Virus record (IMG/VR): IMGVR_UViG_3300037471_001740
Location: 1-64,000 of that record
Source: a virus
Lineage: Duplodnaviria; Caudoviricetes
Reading direction: 5' to 3' (one strand)
Length of the DNA: 64,000 nucleotides
Positions 27,608 to 35,968 of this stretch are shown in pieces. Both the position numbers and the translations under genes were made by a program. Positions within the stretch are counted from its first letter, which is position 1. The number at the start of each line of letters is the position of its first letter. The notes beneath the pieces are model-generated. The model was given only the letters and a program-made list of their open reading frames with translations. It searched no databases and was not told the origin of the DNA.

Positions 27608-27889
27608 TAGGCGGGTCTTATCGATCACCGCCGGCACGCGCGTGCGGACCAGCGGATCGGTGGAAAGCCGATCGATCAGCGCTAACCGCACTTCCCATAG
27701 CTGCTGCAGCATGTCGCAGGCACTCTCCACGGCGGAGAGCGAATCCATGGCGATTAGCCGTTGTTGCGCAGACAGCAAAGGATTTTCGGTATGCCGTCGG
27801 ACATGCTCCATTCGTCTGTATGAATCGGCCAATCGCACGCGCAGCGCTAACTCCAGTTCAATCTCGAGTTCCAGCAGGTCCTTCATCAC
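27581..27889 (-). CDS. Hypothetical helical protein running through cosQ
   Basis: GGAGG RBS; 102 aa ORF ending next to the cosN candidate. Confidence 0.55.
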   Translation of the reverse strand: MMKDLLELEIELELALRVRLADSYRRMEHVRRHTENPLLSAQQRLIAMDSLSAVESACDMLQQLWEVRLALIDRLSTDPLVRTRVPAVIDKTRLGSFHKRPK

Positions 27890-27935
27890 GCCTCCGGTCG
27901 CGGTTATTCTCTTTCACTATAGTGCGCAAAACCGG

Positions 27936-28727
27936 TCATCGTTGACTTTGCATAGCCAGTGCGAATGCTGCAGCCATATTCGCGGTCAGGTTCTCCTCGA
28001 CCGTCGAATTGACGATGTCGTCGAACGGGAAACGCTTCGGATACCGAGGCGTATTGACGAAGATGAATACCGGCTTCGCCGCACCGTGTGCCAGATGCGC
28101 GATGCGCGGATCGCTGCCGTAGTGCTGACGAAGGTAGATGCCAGGCAACAGCTTGCCTTGGCGGCGAACCAGCACGAAGTAACTGTATCCACGCACGCCC
28201 TTGATGCCCCGAGCCAACCGGTCGCGGCGCTTCGAGGTCATGTTCGCCCGATAGCCCTGCTCACCGAATGCTTGCAGGTACGCAAGCACTTCGACGATCT
28301 GGCCACGCGACACGTTGCCGTACTGATCGAGTTTCGCTGCCGATCCCGGCACGAGGTACATACCTGAAGGTAGCAGGCCAACTCGACGCAGGCTTTCTTC
28401 CATGCGCTTTGCGTTACGGTCTCCGCCCTCAACTTCCGGCAGCAGGTACTTCGTTGCCGGCGTGCCCTTGAACGACTCGTCCTTATAGCCGACCGTCGCC
28501 ACCAGATTCGCCTTGGTTGCGTACGTGATCCGAACCGAGTTCATCGTGTACGGCGTGGGCCTGTCAAAGTACTGCGGCATGGCAGTGCGCAACGCGGCAC
28601 GTCCGTCCTTCGCAGTGTTGTTCAACGCCGTCACAATGATGAACGGCAGCTGACGATTGACGTTCGCATCGATCGCAGAATCGAGTTGCGACTTGTCCAG
28701 CGTCATCGAAAACGAGTTACGTGCCAT
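27936..28727 (-). CDS. gpZ-like tail completion/morphogenesis protein
   Basis: ALNNTAK...FDRPTP.T, KYL.P.VEGG.R and P.Y.KRFPF motifs. Confidence 0.7.
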   Translation of the reverse strand: MARNSFSMTLDKSQLDSAIDANVNRQLPFIIVTALNNTAKDGRAALRTAMPQYFDRPTPYTMNSVRITYATKANLVATVGYKDESFKGTPATKYLLPEVEGGDRNAKRMEESLRRVGLLPSGMYLVPGSAAKLDQYGNVSRGQIVEVLAYLQAFGEQGYRANMTSKRRDRLARGIKGVRGYSYFVLVRRQGKLLPGIYLRQHYGSDPRIAHLAHGAAKPVFIFVNTPRYPKRFPFDDIVNSTVEENLTANMAAAFALAMQSQR

Positions 28728-28741
28728 CGGACGCCCAATGC

Positions 28742-28774
28742 AAAAAGCCCCGAGGCTTTCGCACTCAGGGCTTT
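28742..28774 (-). terminator. tR'-like terminator
   Basis: AAAGCCCTGAG/CTCGGGGCTTT stem followed by TTG on the minus strand. Confidence 0.75.
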
Positions 28775-28939
28775 GATGTTCACGGTTCGTCAGGGCGAAC
28801 GCCCTCCGAACGATTCCCGACTGGCTTTGGGTCTTATTGGTTGCGCCGCTCGCGCAATGCAGTACGACAGCCGGGACAGGGTTGCGCCACCTTTGCGCGG
28901 GCGCTGCGTTTATCCAGTGACTCAGTAAAGGATGCGCGA

Positions 28940-28968
28940 AATATATTCGATTGGATCTTGGTTTGCAA
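28940..28968 (-). promoter_or_regulatory. pR'-like late promoter
   Basis: TTGCAA-17 nt-TATATT just after the Q stop and about 165 nt before the terminator. Confidence 0.7.
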
Positions 28969-28973
28969 GATTT

Positions 28974-29762
28974 TCATCGTTGCACCTGTCGCCGCACGGT
29001 GTCGGTTGCACGACCATCGATCGCATCGAGCGATGCAAGTAACCCTCGAAAGTGCTGCGCCCAATGCGTTCGGTAGGTCCCAAGTGATACGCCGAGTGCG
29101 AGCGCGCGCGCCGGCTCGTCGACTGCGTGCCGTCCAGTGCCTCCACATGCATCGCAGATCTGTCGACTGTCGCGCGGAGACTTTTGTTCGATACGCCTTG
29201 CACCCAAACCGTTGCAGGTATCGCATCGTTGGTAATCTCGAAAGACAAGCGGACCGCGCCCATCGGGATTGTGAGCAAATGGGATCCGCTCCTCGTCCAC
29301 CACCATGAATTTCGTTCCGTGGCACGCCTCGCATTCGACCGTCACGACAAGCGGTGCACGCTGTTGATGCGCTCTACCCTTTACGCCGATTCCGTTGCAC
29401 GCAGGACAGAGATCCGCCACCCACTCGACGATGACCCGCCGCGCAAAGCGCTCGACGATGTCCGCGAGTGCGCGCTCGACTTTCTTCCCCGCACGACGCA
29501 GACGCGTTTCCTCGTGATCGAGACCAGTGAATTTCTTTCGCGCATATTTACCGGACCATCGAATGCGACTCGCGAGGAGCAATGTGGCGCGATGCAGCCC
29601 GGCACGCTTCACATCCTGCCCGTACTTCATTCGCCACAACAATCGCCCGAGGTCATCGGCAAACGCGAGTGCGCCCAAAGTTACTTGGGGATCCGCAATC
29701 GGGTCGGAAAACTGACCCTGCACATTCATCGCTATCCCGGCTTGTTCTTTTAGATCGATCAT
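28974..29762 (-). CDS. Q: Late antitermination protein Q-like with zinc fingers
   Basis: Four CxxCxGx motifs; C-terminal HTH-like LALGVS..TY..HW; followed by pR'/tR'. Confidence 0.75.
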   Translation of the reverse strand: MIDLKEQAGIAMNVQGQFSDPIADPQVTLGALAFADDLGRLLWRMKYGQDVKRAGLHRATLLLASRIRWSGKYARKKFTGLDHEETRLRRAGKKVERALADIVERFARRVIVEWVADLCPACNGIGVKGRAHQQRAPLVVTVECEACHGTKFMVVDEERIPFAHNPDGRGPLVFRDYQRCDTCNGLGARRIEQKSPRDSRQICDACGGTGRHAVDEPARALALGVSLGTYRTHWAQHFRGLLASLDAIDGRATDTVRRQVQR

Positions 29763-29777
29763 CGAAACCCCCTTTAT

Positions 29778-29915
29778 TGTCCCAATGTCCTAATGTCCCA
29801 AGGAAAAAGGGTCGTGGGTGTGTGCGCGCGTGCGACATGCGCACACCTCCGCACGTCGCGCATGTCGCGCACACGCACACTCACGCGAGGGACGCGCTTG
29901 GGACGTCGGGACATG
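29778..29915. repeat. Candidate replication origin: facing GTCCC/GGGAC arrays around an 11-bp inverted repeat
   Basis: TGTCCC/TGTCCT x3 on the left, GGGAC x3 on the right; GCGACATGCGC (29832) and GCGCATGTCGC (29858). Confidence 0.55.
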
Positions 29916-29987
29916 GGCCGATAGCGGCGCGCCAAAGCTGGCGCAATGGCGCGACGAATGCACGCGTGCGGCGCGCTAACGATGCCA

Positions 29988-32687
29988 TCAAAGCGCGCTG
30001 TCATCATCGCCTCCAGCATGCACAACCGGAAGCGCAACCGGCGGCTGCACATCCTCTTCCCGCACATAGAACCAGCCGCGCTTTCCGGTCGATTCCCGCT
30101 TGCGCACCCACCCGAGTGACTTCAGCGCCTTGCCGACGCGGCGTTGTTCGGGCAACGTCCATTTCGATGTATCGAGCTTCAAAACGTCGCCGAGAATTTC
30201 CTCCATGGTGACACGGCCACGCGTTTCGAGATCGCGCGCAATTTTATCTTCATACACGTCGCCTTCATACCTTTCCGTCTGCTCAGTTTCAAACAGAGGC
30301 CGCTCGCTTTCCGTCACGTGCCATACGACACCCTCGCGATACAGCTGCACCGCCTCAGCCCAAAGCTGGTCACGATCGCGACGCAAGCCTTCGATATCGA
30401 TCGGGCCACCGACGCGAAGTGGCCAATAGCGGCGGTTGCCCGACTCGTCCTTCAGATACGTGTCGAAGTTCACCGAGCCCGCGAAGACACCCTGTCGGTG
30501 CACGTCCGTTGCACGCTTGCCATAGAAGTTACGGAAGCGATCCGTCTCAGTCGCGAAGAAGCTCTTTGCCGCCGACGAGTCGCTCTTGTTGAGGGAGTCC
30601 AGTTCGGCCAACTCGACGATCCACTTGCCCGCCATCACGGCGTATGAGTCCTTGTCGCCGATCCGGATCGGCGAGTTCGTGTACCACTGCTTTCCAGCGA
30701 GGATTTCGAGCGCCGTCGACTTACCCCATCCCTGCTTGCCTTCCAGAATCAGCACGTTGTCCGCTTTGCAGCCGGGACGCATCACGCGGGCCACGGCGGC
30801 GATCATCCACTTCATGCCGGCCAGTCGCACGTATTCGCTGTCGCTGACTTGCAGGTAACTTTGCGCCCATTGTTGCAAGCGAGACTTGCCGTCCCATTGC
30901 AAGCCTTCGAGGTACTCGCGCACGTCGTGGTAGTGCCACTGGTCTGCAACGAGCAGTACAGCGCTCATCACGATGTCCTGTCGCACTGCGATGCTGTATT
31001 TCTGCGACAACCACAGCACGCATCGAATGTCATCCATATCGGACCATTCGCCCAACTCTGCCTGCTGGAAGGGAGGAAGCTTTCGCTTGACGACGCGGCC
31101 TGCGAAATCATCCTGTGCGATGACGCCCTGCCACTTGTGATGGTTCGACAAGATCAGGTGCACATTGCCGAGCGTCGGCAACAGCTTGCCTTTCTCCGAG
31201 TACGCGAGGTCTCGCTCCCACGTATGCGCACCGTTTTCGACCGCATGGGGCGACGGTTCCTCGCCCGCAGCGCCAGCGGTAGAGGGGGCTATCGTCCCGT
31301 CCGAGCCGATCACGTCACGCGTGCCGTTTGGATGCTCAGCCGACACAATGCCGGTCGCTTCCATACATTCGAGAAGTCGCGCTGCGCGGTTGTACCCGAT
31401 GCGCAGCTCGCGCTGGAGAAGCGTTACGGACGGGCGACGCGAGTTACGTACGATCAGCACCGCTTGCGGATACAGGTGATCCGTCGACTCGTCCAAGACA
31501 GCCGCGTGCGGCTCTCCGTGCGACAGCACGGCGTCAGGCGCCGGGGCCAACGCGGAGAGCAGCGCTGACTGGACCTGCGCAGCCACCGCATCGAGCCCTT
31601 CCTCACAGTGCAGATCATTGAAATCCGTCAGCTTCCGGTCGCCGCGATCCGCAAATCGCGGAAACACGACGCTCGCATTGCCGACATCGGCGACGGCCTC
31701 GTACGCGCGCTTGAGACCGGCATTCTCGAAGCGCTTCCGACGCTCCGGCATAACGTCGTTGCCGTACATCAGCTCGACGTAGCCAACGCCGTGCGCATCA
31801 CGCACGAATGCAGCACGCGCGCTGTACCAAGTACCTTTGCCTTCGATACGGACCGCGTCCGCGCCAATAGTGAACTCGCCGGTGTAGCCGAGATCGGCGG
31901 ACAGGAAGTCTTGCAACCGCTGCTCGACCTTCCAGTCATCATCAGCGCAGATCAACAGATGGAGATGCGGATAGGCGTTGCGCAGATATCGAGCAGCCGA
32001 CAGGATGTTGCCAGCATCGAAGCACACGCAAAGTGGTATCGCATCGCCTGTCGCCATACGCACGGATCGACCAGTCGCGTAGCCTTCAGCAAGCATCGCC
32101 ACCTTGTCATCAGCACCAATGTCGCCGAGCAGATACGCCGCGCCCTTCTTCTCCATATTCTTGTTAAAGCGCTTCGCGCCATCGGGCGCAATCTTCTGCA
32201 GGCCGACGAGCTGGATGGTGTCCGCGTACCGAAACATCGGAACCAGCGTCGTACCTTCGTCGTCAAAGCGCACACCTTCGGGCGTGATCTGTTTGCGATC
32301 GAGATACGCAGACGTGCCGTCCGAGTGTGCCTTCTGCCACTGATCGCGCGCCCGGTTTGCTGCAAGCTTGGCAGCGTGTGCGCGCTTCTGCTCTTGTTCA
32401 CGCTCCATCGCAGCCTGCCGCGCCTTGGTCGCCGCCATGTCTTCTGCCGAGATCGAGCCGCCTTGCCACGCGAACGACTGTGCCCCGTTATCGTCTCCGG
32501 ACCAGCAGCCGAACGCGCCCACGTGACCGACAACCAGCCCATCCTTCTCCACCTCATGCAGCGAATACCAGTGCTTTCGCTTCGGGCCGTACCGGTGGGG
32601 TTTCCCATCAGCAATGGGGTGACCATCCGGAAGCCGAGGATGGTCGGCAGCAACCAGTTGCTGCACGATCTGATCCAAGGTTGACAA
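29988..32687 (-). CDS. Primase-helicase: Toprim, FtsK-gamma wHTH and VapE-like ATPase
   Basis: AEGYATG and ICADDD (Toprim); SVTLLQRELRIGYNRAARL (FtsK gamma); GKQGWGKST Walker A and IVELAEL (VapE); TTG start with AAGGAG. Confidence 0.9.
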   Translation of the reverse strand: MSTLDQIVQQLVAADHPRLPDGHPIADGKPHRYGPKRKHWYSLHEVEKDGLVVGHVGAFGCWSGDDNGAQSFAWQGGSISAEDMAATKARQAAMEREQEQKRAHAAKLAANRARDQWQKAHSDGTSAYLDRKQITPEGVRFDDEGTTLVPMFRYADTIQLVGLQKIAPDGAKRFNKNMEKKGAAYLLGDIGADDKVAMLAEGYATGRSVRMATGDAIPLCVCFDAGNILSAARYLRNAYPHLHLLICADDDWKVEQRLQDFLSADLGYTGEFTIGADAVRIEGKGTWYSARAAFVRDAHGVGYVELMYGNDVMPERRKRFENAGLKRAYEAVADVGNASVVFPRFADRGDRKLTDFNDLHCEEGLDAVAAQVQSALLSALAPAPDAVLSHGEPHAAVLDESTDHLYPQAVLIVRNSRRPSVTLLQRELRIGYNRAARLLECMEATGIVSAEHPNGTRDVIGSDGTIAPSTAGAAGEEPSPHAVENGAHTWERDLAYSEKGKLLPTLGNVHLILSNHHKWQGVIAQDDFAGRVVKRKLPPFQQAELGEWSDMDDIRCVLWLSQKYSIAVRQDIVMSAVLLVADQWHYHDVREYLEGLQWDGKSRLQQWAQSYLQVSDSEYVRLAGMKWMIAAVARVMRPGCKADNVLILEGKQGWGKSTALEILAGKQWYTNSPIRIGDKDSYAVMAGKWIVELAELDSLNKSDSSAAKSFFATETDRFRNFYGKRATDVHRQGVFAGSVNFDTYLKDESGNRRYWPLRVGGPIDIEGLRRDRDQLWAEAVQLYREGVVWHVTESERPLFETEQTERYEGDVYEDKIARDLETRGRVTMEEILGDVLKLDTSKWTLPEQRRVGKALKSLGWVRKRESTGKRGWFYVREEDVQPPVALPVVHAGGDDDSAL

Positions 32688-32757
32688 TGCAGTTCTCCTT
32701 TAAACTTGGCGGCACCGCTTCGCGGGCGGCACCCTCCACACACCACGAGAGCACAAA

Positions 32758-33036
32758 ATGAAATCCTTCCCGTTCCTGCAATCCGACGAGGCACAACAGG
32801 TTGCCGAAGGCCTGTGCCAGTTTTCGACCGGGGTTATCTGCGCACTGGTGAAGCAGGGCGCGATCGACTTACCGACCTTCGTCAACGACCTCGAGCGGTG
32901 GCACGAACTCAAGAAGGATCAGCCGGAAGATCTGCACTATCTGAATCCCGTTGCGAACGAACTGTTCGACCGGATCCTGATTCAGATGCGTGACGTTCTG
33001 ATTGACGCAGTCCGAAGAACAGCAGTGCCGCGTTAA
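32758..33036 (+). CDS. Hypothetical protein, antisense moron in the replication region
   Basis: 92 aa helical ORF with GAGAG upstream, opposite to flanking genes. Confidence 0.65.
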   Translation: MKSFPFLQSDEAQQVAEGLCQFSTGVICALVKQGAIDLPTFVNDLERWHELKKDQPEDLHYLNPVANELFDRILIQMRDVLIDAVRRTAVPR

Positions 33037-33167
33037 TTTCCGAGCGGTTGAGCGCATCCGAGCCGGCATGGCGCAGTCGCCATGCGTCGATGTGATGATG
33101 GGCACGTCGCAGCCGGTTCTGGTGCGTGCGGTTCAATGAGCGTTTCAAAGTCACTTTGTTGATCTCC

Positions 33168-33551
33168 TTATTTTTTGCCGCGCAGACGCTTCCACTCGGC
33201 GGTCATTAGGTCATCAAAGCGCTGCAGGTCTGCAGCGCTCAGCCCCGTTGAAAATTGAGCCCGATATTCGTGCCGCTCCGTCTTGGTTCCGAGCGCAGCG
33301 CATTCCAGCGCCGCACGCTCGATGAACATCGACAGTAGGCGAGCGCGAACACATGCGTCTCTCACGAGAGCAAGGTTCTGCGGGAAGGCACGAATAAGGG
33401 ATACGAGAATGCGAAGAGCGCCGTCGGGCGCGTGCTCGGAAGTCCAGAGCAGCGCCGAGACGGCACATGCGATTTGCTGATTCAGGTCGCAGGCGAGCCC
33501 GATCCGCTCGCGGTGCGGATTGCAGCACGACATATCAGGGCGGAACTGCAT
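33168..33551 (-). CDS. Hypothetical early protein
   Basis: In the CII-to-primase operon; protein-like composition. Confidence 0.65.
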   Translation of the reverse strand: MQFRPDMSCCNPHRERIGLACDLNQQIACAVSALLWTSEHAPDGALRILVSLIRAFPQNLALVRDACVRARLLSMFIERAALECAALGTKTERHEYRAQFSTGLSAADLQRFDDLMTAEWKRLRGKK

Positions 33552-33557
33552 GATGCG

Positions 33558-34061
33558 TTACGGCTCGCGCCTGCTGACGATACGTACGGTGCGCAGCAGC
33601 CTGTCGATCATGCGTTGCTGCGTACGTCCAGCGACGGCGATCGCGTCGGCCTCACCGGGATTGATCCGTCGGTCGCTGAGCGCTTCGCTGACCTCTTTTG
33701 CGAGAATGCCGGTCTGCTGCGCGATCGCCAGCGTGTCGATCGCGACGCTGTCGGCGGACGCATCATCGGCTTCGTCGGCTGGAACGGCCCGAAGCCCAAA
33801 CCGCTCGTTGAGAGCATGGATGGCGTCCAGGTAGTGCGCCTGACGCTTTTCTTCCATCCACTCAACGAGCAGCTCGAACATTTCCATCGAGAGCCGGTTG
33901 TCGCCTTCGCCGCGCAAACGGAGACGCAACGATTCGGCTCCGATGCTCTTTCCACGGCGGTTGGTCAGAAACGCCGCCGCATCTGCTACGCCCCCCGGCG
34001 TATTACGGACTGACGTGTACAACACGTCGAGCCACTCTGTGCCGCTATATCTGCAGGTCAT
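33558..34061 (-). CDS. CII-like regulator (YmfL family)
   Basis: PGG...AA, L..A..DGRI...E.-type pattern; follows cro. Confidence 0.8.
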   Translation of the reverse strand: MTCRYSGTEWLDVLYTSVRNTPGGVADAAAFLTNRRGKSIGAESLRLRLRGEGDNRLSMEMFELLVEWMEEKRQAHYLDAIHALNERFGLRAVPADEADDASADSVAIDTLAIAQQTGILAKEVSEALSDRRINPGEADAIAVAGRTQQRMIDRLLRTVRIVSRREP

Positions 34062-34152
34062 CTGATCCCCAGCTGGTCTTTGTAGACACCGCTTTTCATT
34101 CTGTTTACTGCGCCGACCCGTCTGTACGATGCGAGTTCGGTCGCGGGCACAG

Positions 34153-34371
34153 CTACGACGAGCGCTCGACCGTCTCGGCCGCCACGGGATTCGCAACGAA
34201 GTAATCGAAGAGCGACTGGACCGTAGACACGCGCGGGTCCCCGACGATGCCGAGCGCAATCTTCGTCAACGTTTGATACGGAACCCCGCTCTTTTCGGAG
34301 ACCTCCGGCCAGCGACCTCTGGTTGCGTCAAGGTTTCGCAACACTGATCCCAACATTGTTTCGGTTGTCAT
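34153..34371 (-). CDS. cro: Cro-like HTH regulator
   Basis: WPEVSEKSGVPYQTLTKIA HTH; divergent from cI. Confidence 0.85.
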   Translation of the reverse strand: MTTETMLGSVLRNLDATRGRWPEVSEKSGVPYQTLTKIALGIVGDPRVSTVQSLFDYFVANPVAAETVERSS

Positions 34372-34401
34372 TTCCAACCTCACAGTTATGCAATTGTGCG
34401 C

Positions 34402-34430
34402 ATCATATCCTTTCGGGGATATTTCCTCAA
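34402..34430 (-). promoter_or_regulatory. PR-like promoter containing operator TATCCTTTCGGGGATA
   Basis: TTGAGG-17 nt-TATGAT; operator at 34406-34421; second operator at 34450-34465. Confidence 0.75.
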
Positions 34431-34489
34431 GTGGACATGACGGAGAAACTATCCCTCAAAGGTTATCCATATTCGGCAATATCAGCCGC

Positions 34490-34987
34490 ATGAAAAGGAA
34501 ACCTCTACGGGAAGTGCTTGCGGCCAATGTACGGGCTTACATGGGCCGTCTGCCGGCCATCGATACCCAAGTAAAACTCGCAAAGAAAGCAGGAATTTCG
34601 CAGAGCTCTGTGGCGCGAGTGCTCGCGGGGAATGTAGACACCCAAATCGGCATCGTGGACGCGCTGGCCATTGCGATCGGCGTGTCCCCAGGCACGCTCC
34701 TCGAAGCCGATGCAGAATCGGAGTTGCACATCGACAGAGAGCGGTTCGCAAGCCTTCCGGCGATCGAACGCGCGAAAATCCAAAGCTACATCGACTTCGT
34801 GATGACTACGTCAGCATCAGAGGACCATGCGCTTTCCGTTTCCCAGACTCTGAACCAGAGCAAAGATCAACAAGATCGCGCTCGCCGAGCCGCTCAACGT
34901 CCAACTTCAGATCAAACGTTGAGCATCGATGAAAACAAAGAAGAGAGCAGTACGGGGTTCCGAGGCGGCACCAAGCACAAGCGGTAA
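34490..34987 (+). CDS. cI: CI-like XRE repressor lacking an S24 peptidase domain
   Basis: TQVKLAKKAGISQSSVARVLAG HTH; no Ala-Gly cleavage or Ser-Lys catalytic domain recognisable. Confidence 0.85.
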   Translation: MKRKPLREVLAANVRAYMGRLPAIDTQVKLAKKAGISQSSVARVLAGNVDTQIGIVDALAIAIGVSPGTLLEADAESELHIDRERFASLPAIERAKIQSYIDFVMTTSASEDHALSVSQTLNQSKDQQDRARRAAQRPTSDQTLSIDENKEESSTGFRGGTKHKR

Positions 34988-35411
34988 GGTCCTGAAGTTT
35001 CCCTCGTCGGAGACAGCCCAAAACGCACTGAACATGCTTTCCCGCCAGCGCACAGTGCGCGCAAGACTCAATGACATCGTCTGCGCGCACGATGACAAGG
35101 CCCCCGTGGCCATCGCGTTGGTTTCGGTACTGCCAGATGGGTCGGTCGAGTACTCGACGACAGGCATTGAGCGCGACTTCGCGCAACCTGTCGCGGACTC
35201 CCTAGACCGACTATCACACATCGTGCGGATGCATTCCGCCACACCCCGCCGCCGCACCACACAGCACGGCTACAGCGCGCTTCCAACCGCCATATCGTTG
35301 GCATTCATGGCCGCGACCTACGTCAATCAAATTGCCTGGGTCGATTCGCTACTCATGCTCGCAAGTCATTTCATCGTCGATTGGATCGCGAAACGACGAA
35401 CGCGTAGCTAG
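34929..35411 (+). CDS. Hypothetical protein with C-terminal TM segments, coupled to cI
   Basis: Overlaps the cI 3' end; hydrophobic C-terminus. Confidence 0.65.
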   Translation: MKTKKRAVRGSEAAPSTSGKVLKFPSSETAQNALNMLSRQRTVRARLNDIVCAHDDKAPVAIALVSVLPDGSVEYSTTGIERDFAQPVADSLDRLSHIVRMHSATPRRRTTQHGYSALPTAISLAFMAATYVNQIAWVDSLLMLASHFIVDWIAKRRTRS

Positions 35412-35485
35412 TCCATCCCCGAAAGGTTATTTCGCCCCGACGCTCGGCTTCCTAGCGGGCGGGGATGAACATTTCCGCGACAGGA

Positions 35486-35528
35486 TATCCCCAAAAGGAT
35501 TGACATTAAATATCCCGATAGGGATACT
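35486..35528 (+). promoter_or_regulatory. PL-like promoter with two operators
   Basis: TTGACA-17 nt-GATACT (35500-35528); perfect palindrome TATCCCGATAGGGATA at 35511-35526; second site at 35486-35501. Confidence 0.85.
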
Positions 35529-35575
35529 ACGCCTCGTCACGCGCCATCCCTGCGCGTGCTGAGACGGAGACCAAC

Positions 35576-35806
35576 ATGAAATCCACACATGACCTTGCCG
35601 GCAAAGCACGCCGCGCATGGCTCAAACGGGGCGCGAAAGGCGCGTTGACGATCGAATCCCGGCCTGAGCCGCAAAGTGACTTTGAGAAGGCGTTTGCGTA
35701 CCGACTGACGTTTGTGGTTGCCGCTGTCGTGATCGCGCTGAATCTGTTCAGCCCGGAGCCGAACGCGACCCCGCAGGCAAATGGCCACACAGCTGCGCAG
35801 GTGTGA
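35576..35806 (+). CDS. Small membrane protein, first gene under PL
   Basis: GGAG RBS; TM LTFVVAAVVIALNLF. Confidence 0.65.
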   Translation: MKSTHDLAGKARRAWLKRGAKGALTIESRPEPQSDFEKAFAYRLTFVVAAVVIALNLFSPEPNATPQANGHTAAQV

Positions 35807-35807
35807 C

Positions 35808-35960
35808 ATGTCGAAGCGCCGCAAACACCAATCCCCCGCAAAGCTCCCCGCTCCTATCGCCGGTCTGATCATCGTCGCTGTACTTCTCGGCACGGTTGTC
35901 CGATCGGAAATCAAGGTGCTGAACCACTTCGCCGACGCCGACGTCACCCACCGGGCCTAG
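35808..35960 (+). CDS. 50-aa membrane protein (not in the ORF track)
   Basis: MSKRRKHQSPAKLPAPIAGLIIVAVLLGTVVRSEIKVLNHFADADVTHRA*. Confidence 0.55.
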   Translation: MSKRRKHQSPAKLPAPIAGLIIVAVLLGTVVRSEIKVLNHFADADVTHRA

Positions 35961-35968
35961 CTAGCGCC

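Noticed and set aside
29778-29915. KOPS (GGGNAGGG) array matching the FtsK-gamma domain
   Set aside because: The repeats are GGGAC/GTCCC, not GGGNAGGG; a link to the gamma domain is unsupported.
34388-34489. N-terminal extension of CI from the ORF track (also upstream extensions of TMP, G, CII, xis and other ORFs)
   Set aside because: The extension overlaps operators and PR; downstream starts have better RBS or coupling and family-typical N-termini.
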